Positions 17,879 through 26,213 of a stretch of DNA of 64,000 bases are shown one piece after another. The notes below the pieces were generated by a model that did not search any database, had not been told where the DNA came from, and worked only from the letters and a program-made list of their open reading frames with translations. The position numbers and the translations under genes were made by a program. Numbering within the stretch: position 1 is the first letter of the stretch; the number at the start of each line of letters is the position of its first letter. The stretch comes from a virus (Duplodnaviria > Caudoviricetes): positions 1 to 64,000 of the IMG/VR virus record IMGVR_UViG_3300042885_000751; one strand, written 5' to 3'.

Positions 17879-20583
17879 TGGGATTTAATAAAAAAGTATT
17901 ATCTAAAGCTGTATCAGAATTAGATAAAGCAAAAGCACCAGCAAAGCCAAGAGATATAACTGTTGATCCTATGGGTTATTGGAATCCTGCTAATCAAGGT
18001 CAACCAGTAAGAATCCCTGGTAATGATATTACTATGCAAGGTGTACCTTATCCTGTATGGGCTCAACCTAATGTAGGTCCTGGATCAATGATGCAGCCTA
18101 ATCAAGATTATAACTTTCCTGGTGCATCTTATGTAGATGAAACACCTATGGCAAAAAAGGGTGGTACTCTTCAAAGCAAAAAGTATTCTAAGAGTATGTC
18201 TGCTACTAATAAACTCTTTGCTAAGAATAAGTTATTCCAAAATAAAAAGAGTAAGATATTTGATCCTAATGCTGAGTTTAAAACAGGAGGTTCTAAACTT
18301 GGTACTATTAATCTTAATCCTAATCCATTAAGTCACTATGAATTAAATTATGGTTTTAATTTACCTACTGAAGAAGATGGTGGAGAAGCTGATTATGAAG
18401 ACCAAGATCTTACTGATGAAGAGATACAAGCATATAGAGATGCAGGATATGAAATAGAAGAATTACCAGAAGCACAAGTAGGTGGTCCACAAAATACTGC
18501 AGGTCCAAGAGCAGAAGAAATATCTACTAATGTAGATGCTATGAATGCAATGATGAAAGCTAGAATGGCTACAGATGCTGCATTTGGAAATTCATCAGCT
18601 CAAAGAATGATTTCTCCTAATCCTAAAACTTATGATTTTGGGAATGGAAATTTAGGTACACATTTTATGGCTTCCATGGGAAATCAAGCAGTACCATTGT
18701 TACAAGATAAAGGTGGTAATGAATTAGAATATAATGAAAACCCTCCTCCAAGTAATGAAGATATGAATTTCAGAACTCCTGAAGAAGCTCAATATTTTGC
18801 GGAACACTATAAAGAAGTGGCACCAATGATGAAAGGATTTAAGAAGGGTGGTTATGTACAACATGAACTTGCTAAAGCACAAAAAGGTGAAGAAAAACAA
18901 GATCCTGATATTTCTTTAGAAGATTATTTAAAACTATATGAAAACTCTTTAGCTTTAGAAAAAGGCATTACAAGTATGCCTAATTATAAATTAGAAAATA
19001 CTGATACTAATGTAGATGATTATTTAAAACAATTAGAAACAGCAAGAAATAATTGGCTTGAATATGACACAGTTCATAATAAAAATAGAAAAGAAATACA
19101 AGACCGTTTAAATGATAAAAAATCTCCACCAACAGAAAAAAATAGGATAGCATTTGAAAAGATATTAAAAGAAAAATTACAACCTAGAGAAATTCAGGAT
19201 TATTATACTGTTGTATCACCAAATAATTTTTATCAAAGAGATATCACAAATGCTTTTGTAAATAAAGAGTTTACACCTGCATATTATGATTCTAGAATAA
19301 AACCTTCTTCAAGAAATACTTATTATGGCTACCGTCCAGGACGAGATGGTACTGAGGAAACATTTGATAAAATTGAATTATATAAATATGATCCAGTTGA
19401 AGTTAAAAAACAAGCTTTATTAAAATATACTGATTCTGAAGAAGCTTTTCAAAATGCTTTAAATAAATCTACAGGCAATGATATAACTCCATTAAAACGT
19501 ATACAATATGCACAATCTGTGCAACCCAAACAAGAAATAATACCTGCTGTACCATATGTAAAACTTAAACATTATAGAGATTGGAATCCTACTGGTTATC
19601 ATGGTGAAAATATAGAAATGCCAGAAGGATATACTCAACAAGATGTTGAAAAAGAAATAAGAAAAAGGCAATCAGCAGAATATGATAAAAGAGCATTAGA
19701 GTATCAACAACAAGAAAAAGCTAAAATTACTAAAAGATTAAAACCAGTAGGTCTTACTGAAAATTTTAAAGAAGGTGGAACACTAGTTAAAGCACAGAAT
19801 GGTAAAACAGTAAAACCATTATTAATATCAGATCCTAAAAAGTATGCTTATAGAAAAACTGCATATGATGACAGTTTAAAAATATATAATATTGATAAAA
19901 ATGTAATAGATTTATCTAAAAAAAATGCAATTGGTAATTTACCAGATGATGTATATTTTAATAATGCAAAATTAATTATGAATTATCAGGATCAAATTAA
20001 TAAAATAAAAAAAAATTCAAAAGTAAAACATAATATGGTAAAACTCCCTGGTAATCAAATTAAAGGGGATATTGCAAAAGGTTATAAAAAACCTGTAGAA
20101 CCAGTAAACTATATACAATCATTACAACCAATAGATAAAAAACCTGTAAAGCATATACCTCCCAAAAATGTTGTTATAAATAAACCTGCTCCTGCTGTAC
20201 AAGAAAACAATATAGTAGGTACTTTAGTTCCAAGAATCATACAACAATTTGTAACACCAAATACTGAGTTACAACCTACTAATTTTCAAACAATACCTAA
20301 GAAACCACAAGGTCCAAGATACGGTACATTAGCTGGTGATGAGAATTTAAACTTACCTGAGAACTACACTCAACAACAAAGAGAAGCAGCTAGAAAAAAA
20401 AGAGATGCTGATGAGTTTACAAGAAAAACATTAGAGTATCAAGCTAAACAACGTGGTACAAAGGCACCTATAGCACAGATGTTTCAAAAAGGTGGTGATG
20501 TTGAATCTTGGGAAGATGAACTAGATGATGATGAAATTAAAGCCTTAGAAGCAGCAGGATATACTATAGAAAGAATTAAATAA
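17878..20583 (+). CDS. Internal virion (cargo) protein with xxGG-delimited modules
   Basis: Cys-free; IPGNDITMQGVPYPV...YNFPGASYVDETPM domain; many [FAM]xxGG motifs. Confidence 0.6.
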   Translation: MGFNKKVLSKAVSELDKAKAPAKPRDITVDPMGYWNPANQGQPVRIPGNDITMQGVPYPVWAQPNVGPGSMMQPNQDYNFPGASYVDETPMAKKGGTLQSKKYSKSMSATNKLFAKNKLFQNKKSKIFDPNAEFKTGGSKLGTINLNPNPLSHYELNYGFNLPTEEDGGEADYEDQDLTDEEIQAYRDAGYEIEELPEAQVGGPQNTAGPRAEEISTNVDAMNAMMKARMATDAAFGNSSAQRMISPNPKTYDFGNGNLGTHFMASMGNQAVPLLQDKGGNELEYNENPPPSNEDMNFRTPEEAQYFAEHYKEVAPMMKGFKKGGYVQHELAKAQKGEEKQDPDISLEDYLKLYENSLALEKGITSMPNYKLENTDTNVDDYLKQLETARNNWLEYDTVHNKNRKEIQDRLNDKKSPPTEKNRIAFEKILKEKLQPREIQDYYTVVSPNNFYQRDITNAFVNKEFTPAYYDSRIKPSSRNTYYGYRPGRDGTEETFDKIELYKYDPVEVKKQALLKYTDSEEAFQNALNKSTGNDITPLKRIQYAQSVQPKQEIIPAVPYVKLKHYRDWNPTGYHGENIEMPEGYTQQDVEKEIRKRQSAEYDKRALEYQQQEKAKITKRLKPVGLTENFKEGGTLVKAQNGKTVKPLLISDPKKYAYRKTAYDDSLKIYNIDKNVIDLSKKNAIGNLPDDVYFNNAKLIMNYQDQINKIKKNSKVKHNMVKLPGNQIKGDIAKGYKKPVEPVNYIQSLQPIDKKPVKHIPPKNVVINKPAPAVQENNIVGTLVPRIIQQFVTPNTELQPTNFQTIPKKPQGPRYGTLAGDENLNLPENYTQQQREAARKKRDADEFTRKTLEYQAKQRGTKAPIAQMFQKGGDVESWEDELDDDEIKALEAAGYTIERIK

Positions 20584-20643
20584 ACTTTTAATGTTTATTC
20601 AGTAAACCAAAAATTATTATATTTAATATATATTACATGTTAT

Positions 20644-23166
20644 ATGAAAAAGAGAGTAAGAATATATAAAAAAGGAGGTCAGTCAAATGCACCTACTCAA
20701 GAACAAATATATAAACATATTGCTGATAGAATGTCTGCAGAAGATTATGACGGTGATGCTGATACTATTTTACAAGAATTAACACAAGTTGGTATAGATC
20801 CTCAGACTGCTGATAGTTACATTACTGAAGTAGGTGATTATCTTGAACAAAATAATTCTGCTCAATCTGCTGAACAAGAACAACTTAGTGCAGAAGAAGC
20901 ACAAGCACAGGCTGAAGAAGAACAAGCAACAATTGAAGCACAAAATGCAGCAGAAGAAGAAGCAAGAAAAGCTCAATTATATGCAATGTATAATACTGAT
21001 ACAGAAGAAACTACTCAAGATGATAATGCAGATGAAGAAATCATTATGAGACAAGGTGGTTCTAAACCAAGTAAAAGAAGTTTTATTAATCAATATACTA
21101 AACTTGCTAAAAGACAACAAGGTGGAAACACACCTTCTCCAGGAGCAGATGATGTACTTGGTGGTAGAGAAGAACATGTAAGTAATTTCTTTAAAGGTAT
21201 AGGTGAATCAGTTACTTCAGCACAACAAAAACAAGCAGCTGAAGAACAATATAATGCTATATACGGTAATCCACAAGTTGGTGCATATGCACAAGATGGT
21301 GGTATACAGCAAGAACAAATAGATACCGAAAGCCCGTTAGATCATTGGAGTAAACAAGGTGCTGCTACAAGACATATATTTTCTGATAATATGTATACTC
21401 AAAATGATGTTGCAGCATTAGAACAATATGGAGGTAATACAGGTCAAGGTCTATATAAATTTATAGGAGGAGGTGATAATGAATCAGCAGATGAACAATA
21501 TCAAGATTCTGATTTAGATTATCAAAGATATGCTAAACGTGGCGGAACTTTAAATAAATATCAAGATAAAGGAGAAGTTAAACCTAATCTTTATAATCCT
21601 ACCACAGGAGTTTTATATACACCTGAGGAACTTGCTGCTAACAAAACATTAGCAGATAAAGAACTAGCAGATAAAACTGCAACTCCTACAGATACTGAAG
21701 ATTATAAAAAAAAGTATAATGAATTAATTAATCAAAATACTACTGATGCTCAAAAACAGCAACAAATGATGCAACAGTATATGATGCAACAGTACATGCA
21801 ACAAATGGGTAATCAAGGTATGTTTAGATCTCCTATTATTAGTAGAGGTGAACAATATAATAAAGCTGTTGGTTCTCCATACTATACTCAATCAGGTGAA
21901 AGATATACAGGACCAGATCTTGCCGGTAGATTACCATCAAGTGTAAATGTAGATAAATATGGTATATTTGGTAGACCTAAAAAAATGACATATAACTATG
22001 GTGATAATGAAAATTCATCTTCTACTGTTCCTCCATTAATTAAAATGCCAGAAAATGGAGAGTCAGAAGATGCACCATATAGAGGTAAAACTTTTGGTGA
22101 AAGATTAGGTAGAGGAATGGTGAATACAAAAATACCAGGAATACAACAACTTGGAGCTAAACTAATACCCTCTAATTTTGATTATGATGGTTCTAATAAC
22201 CTTACTGAATCTTCAAGAAATAGTCCATTAGTTACTAGTAATGAACCTTATTATCCGCCTATGAGCCCAAGAGCTCAAAGAAGAGAAAATAGAGATGATA
22301 GACAGTTAAATAGATTTCTTGGTAATAATAATTTTACAAATTCAAATCCTGAATCTGAATTTATTAATACACCAGAAAATCAAAAACAAATTGATCAAGC
22401 AAAAAAAATTGAAGCATTAGCAGCTGGTAGTACAAATTCTAATTTATCAGATGATCAAAATGCATATCAAGATTTTTTAATTAGACATCAAGGACCAGCA
22501 TATAAAGAATATGGTGGACCAATTGATTATACTCAATATGCTTATGGAGGAGATATATCTGTACCAGAATTATATAGAGCTCAAGTAGGTACTCAAGTAG
22601 CAGTTGATCCTAATGCTAATAATATGAGTTTTGCAAATCTTCAAGGATTTTTTGCTGGAACAGGTGCTGTAGATGCAGAGGGTAATACAGTTGATGCAAC
22701 ACTTCCTGAAAGTATGCAAGTTGATAATATTACAATTGATCCTAATCAACCAAATAGAGCACCAATAACTGATACTCCAGAAGGTGTTTCTCAAAAGTTT
22801 AGAAATAAACAAGCTTGGGATATTGATAAAGCAGGAATTGGAGATTTAAGTTTATTAGCAGCTAATGCTTTTGCAAATACTGCTGATGAAGTTAGAGCTA
22901 ATAGACAAGAGAATCAAATGTTAGAAAATATAACATCTGCTGAAACTAATTTTGGTATTAATAATACTTATGATCAAGGAGACTATGATCCTAACTCAGG
23001 TTTATTTAGGCCAAATAAAATGGGATTCAATGGTGTTTCAAAATATGGTGGAGGAGTTTATGCTATGGGTGGAAACACTGAAGATGAAAATGAAGATACT
23101 CAATACATGACTCAAGAAGAAATAGATGACTTCATTGCTAATGGAGGTGAATTAGAATACTTATAA
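20644..23166 (+). CDS. Internal virion (cargo) protein
   Basis: Cys-free, Q/E-rich low complexity, many xxGG motifs. Confidence 0.6.
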   Translation: MKKRVRIYKKGGQSNAPTQEQIYKHIADRMSAEDYDGDADTILQELTQVGIDPQTADSYITEVGDYLEQNNSAQSAEQEQLSAEEAQAQAEEEQATIEAQNAAEEEARKAQLYAMYNTDTEETTQDDNADEEIIMRQGGSKPSKRSFINQYTKLAKRQQGGNTPSPGADDVLGGREEHVSNFFKGIGESVTSAQQKQAAEEQYNAIYGNPQVGAYAQDGGIQQEQIDTESPLDHWSKQGAATRHIFSDNMYTQNDVAALEQYGGNTGQGLYKFIGGGDNESADEQYQDSDLDYQRYAKRGGTLNKYQDKGEVKPNLYNPTTGVLYTPEELAANKTLADKELADKTATPTDTEDYKKKYNELINQNTTDAQKQQQMMQQYMMQQYMQQMGNQGMFRSPIISRGEQYNKAVGSPYYTQSGERYTGPDLAGRLPSSVNVDKYGIFGRPKKMTYNYGDNENSSSTVPPLIKMPENGESEDAPYRGKTFGERLGRGMVNTKIPGIQQLGAKLIPSNFDYDGSNNLTESSRNSPLVTSNEPYYPPMSPRAQRRENRDDRQLNRFLGNNNFTNSNPESEFINTPENQKQIDQAKKIEALAAGSTNSNLSDDQNAYQDFLIRHQGPAYKEYGGPIDYTQYAYGGDISVPELYRAQVGTQVAVDPNANNMSFANLQGFFAGTGAVDAEGNTVDATLPESMQVDNITIDPNQPNRAPITDTPEGVSQKFRNKQAWDIDKAGIGDLSLLAANAFANTADEVRANRQENQMLENITSAETNFGINNTYDQGDYDPNSGLFRPNKMGFNGVSKYGGGVYAMGGNTEDENEDTQYMTQEEIDDFIANGGELEYL
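21766..21804 (+). repeat. Coding 15-bp tandem repeat (MMQQY)
   Basis: atgatgcaacagtat atgatgcaacagtac atgcaacaa. Confidence 0.7.
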
Positions 23167-23175
23167 TTTTATATT

Positions 23176-26148
23176 ATGTACTTTAAAGTAAAAATAACTA
23201 AGGGATTACCACAAGCAAAATCAGGAGGTTTTACAGGTAACAATTTAAATAAACAAGTAATTAGTTTTGGTGGTGCTGATATGAATGCTGCATCAAGACA
23301 TCTTGAAAATACTAGGTATCTAAAACAAGTACCAAGAGATGAAGCTAATCTAGAAGCTGAAAAAGGTGAGTCTGCATTTGGTGATATCAATGGAGATGGG
23401 TTTCCTGAACATATGCTTATTGGTGGAAAAAGACATAGTAATGGGGGAACTCCTTTAAATTTGCCTGATGGTACATTTATCTTTAGTGATACTGCATCTA
23501 TGAAAATTAAAGATCCAAAAATACTTGCTAAATTTGGTAAAAAAACTGGTTCTTTTACTCCTGCTGAATTAGCTAAACCATATGATATTAATAAGTATAG
23601 AAAGATACTAGAAGATCCTAACTCAGATAAAGTAGATAAAAAGTCTGCTGAGTTAATGATTAAAAATATTAATATGAAACTTGGTGCATTAGCTCTTGCA
23701 CAAGAAAGTAAAAAAGGATTCCCACAAGGTATACCTGAAGTAGCTAAACCATATATGGAAGCAATGGGTATAAAAGAAGAAGACTTGATGCCACAAAAAC
23801 CACAAGCAGAAGCACAGGTTAATAGTCAAGCAATGCAAAACCCATATGAAAATCAAGGTATGGGTATGCAATCTCCTGAAGAAGAATCTGTAGAACAAGT
23901 TCAAGGTATGCAAAATTCTCAAGAAGAGTCTATGGAATCTCCAATGGGAAGATATGGCTTTCAAATGGGTAGAAGATTGAGAGTTGCTCAAGAAGGAATG
24001 CAACAAGGTCAACCTTCTCCTGAAGAAATGGCAATGATGCAACAACAAGGAGCACCACAACAACAAGGTGGGGCTGATCCTCTTGCACAAATGGTACAAC
24101 AAGTTCAACAAATGTTACAACAAGGTGTACAACCTGCAGATGTAGTAATGCAATTGTTACAAAAACAAGTTCCACCTCAAGCAATAATGCAAATACTTGT
24201 ACAAGTAGGTATGCCTCAAGAAGAAGCACAGGCTACTATTCAACAAGTAATGGAACAAGGACAACAAAATCCTCAAGAGGAAATGATGGAAGCTCCTATG
24301 GCTCAATATGGAATGAGTATGGGTGGTTATGACATGCCGTTTCATGATACACAATATAGAAATGGTGGTTCAATAAATAGATTTCAAGGAGGTGGTTCAA
24401 CATATAGTATTCCAAAAGATGCACTTGTAATTGATAGAAGTAAATATAAAACTGATGCAGAATATGAAATAGGAAGAAATTTAGAATTTGCTAAAGCAGG
24501 TACTAAACCAGTTTATATATTATATCCAGATGGAAAATATAAAAAAGTAACACAAAAAACTAAAGCAAAAGATCCATATACAGGTACTGATTTAGGACCT
24601 ACTTTTAATAACTCAGCTGATGCAGCAATACAGTTTAGAGAAATGGGTAAATCCATTAATACTCCTGAATTTACAAATTTACTTGCAGATTATACCCTTA
24701 AAGCTATTAAGGATGAGTCCAAATATATAGGTAAATCTGGTAAACGTAGTAAAGCATTTGATGATTTTAGTAAAGAAAACTTTACTCCTGAGCAAATTAG
24801 AAATGCTTTTATGCAACATCAAAAAAGAAATATTGCATTACAAGCAAATGGTATACAAGCAAGATATTTTGAAGATGCACCAACTGGTAGATTATTAACT
24901 CCTGAACAAATTGTTTCTAAAAAAATAATGGATAAAGGTAAACCAGTAACATTAGCTCAAGCAAAAGAAGTTGTTAAAAAATATAAAGAAAATGACATTA
25001 CTGATTTAAATAAAGCATTTATTAAAGTTGGGATCCCATTGGAAAATACAGCATTAGAACAAGCTACTTTTCAAGGATTTACTGATGCATTAAAAAATAA
25101 AGCAAATTTAACACCTGAACAACAAAAAACATTAGAAAACTGGGGAGAATATGAATCAGGAGCAGCAGATGAAACCGGTCAATTAAATAATCAAATATCT
25201 CCTATTGATAGAGTATATACTAATACTACAGGTGAACAGTTATCTGAATATAATTTACCAACTGAATATGATTATACTGAAGATGATGTAGAACCAATAG
25301 ACCGTACTGTTGATACAACAGAAGAAGAAACAATATATCCTCCAACAATGCCAGCTAAACCATGGGCACAAGATAAATTAAATAGACTTAATGCTGGATT
25401 AGATTATTTTAGTGCTGAAAAATATTTACCATGGGCAGCTAGTTATAATCCTGAAATGTTAGATCCTACTTTCTATGATCCTACTAGAGAATTAGCAGCA
25501 CAATCTGAACAAGCAAATATAACTAATCAAGCATTAGGACAATTTATGGGGGCACAAGATTTATCTTCTAGAGCAGCATCTATTCAAGGTCAAGGAGCTA
25601 AACAAGCAGCAGATACATTAGGAAGATATAATAATCTTAATGTAGGTGTAGCAAATCAATTTGCTGGTAATAATGCACAAATAAGAAATGAAGCTCAAAG
25701 ATATAATCAAGCACAAAATAAACAGTTATATGATCAAAATGTAATTGCTAATCAACAATTTGATAATAGTAAACGTGCACTAAGACATAACTTAGGAGAT
25801 GCAGAAAATACATTACTTACTAATATGTATAAAACTGATGCATTAAATCAACAGTTTCCACAATATGCAATTGATCCTAGTACAGGTGGTAAAATGTATT
25901 TTACAAGACCAAAAGCTCCAAAACCTACTACATATCAAGATGATTTAGATTATGCTGATAAAATACAAAATTCAAATTTAGATCCTAAATTAAAAGAAAT
26001 ATTATTAACTCAGCATTTAAAAAGTTCACGTGGTAATGTTGCTAACACAGATGCAGAATCAGTACTTGCACAATATCAAAAGAAAGGTGGTACTACTCAA
26101 ATGGCATATGTAATGGGGTCTAATGTTTTTCCTTTTATGTTTACATAA
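23176..26148 (+). CDS. Internal virion (cargo) protein
   Basis: NLEAEKGE...GGKRHSNGGTPLNLPDGTFIFSD domain, Q/M-rich middle, N/Q-rich helical C-terminus; Cys-free. Confidence 0.65.
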   Translation: MYFKVKITKGLPQAKSGGFTGNNLNKQVISFGGADMNAASRHLENTRYLKQVPRDEANLEAEKGESAFGDINGDGFPEHMLIGGKRHSNGGTPLNLPDGTFIFSDTASMKIKDPKILAKFGKKTGSFTPAELAKPYDINKYRKILEDPNSDKVDKKSAELMIKNINMKLGALALAQESKKGFPQGIPEVAKPYMEAMGIKEEDLMPQKPQAEAQVNSQAMQNPYENQGMGMQSPEEESVEQVQGMQNSQEESMESPMGRYGFQMGRRLRVAQEGMQQGQPSPEEMAMMQQQGAPQQQGGADPLAQMVQQVQQMLQQGVQPADVVMQLLQKQVPPQAIMQILVQVGMPQEEAQATIQQVMEQGQQNPQEEMMEAPMAQYGMSMGGYDMPFHDTQYRNGGSINRFQGGGSTYSIPKDALVIDRSKYKTDAEYEIGRNLEFAKAGTKPVYILYPDGKYKKVTQKTKAKDPYTGTDLGPTFNNSADAAIQFREMGKSINTPEFTNLLADYTLKAIKDESKYIGKSGKRSKAFDDFSKENFTPEQIRNAFMQHQKRNIALQANGIQARYFEDAPTGRLLTPEQIVSKKIMDKGKPVTLAQAKEVVKKYKENDITDLNKAFIKVGIPLENTALEQATFQGFTDALKNKANLTPEQQKTLENWGEYESGAADETGQLNNQISPIDRVYTNTTGEQLSEYNLPTEYDYTEDDVEPIDRTVDTTEEETIYPPTMPAKPWAQDKLNRLNAGLDYFSAEKYLPWAASYNPEMLDPTFYDPTRELAAQSEQANITNQALGQFMGAQDLSSRAASIQGQGAKQAADTLGRYNNLNVGVANQFAGNNAQIRNEAQRYNQAQNKQLYDQNVIANQQFDNSKRALRHNLGDAENTLLTNMYKTDALNQQFPQYAIDPSTGGKMYFTRPKAPKPTTYQDDLDYADKIQNSNLDPKLKEILLTQHLKSSRGNVANTDAESVLAQYQKKGGTTQMAYVMGSNVFPFMFT

Positions 26149-26213
26149 ACTTTATAGGTTTAGTAAACTTATAAAATTTTAATATATTTACAATATAGAT
26201 TAATACTAATAAT

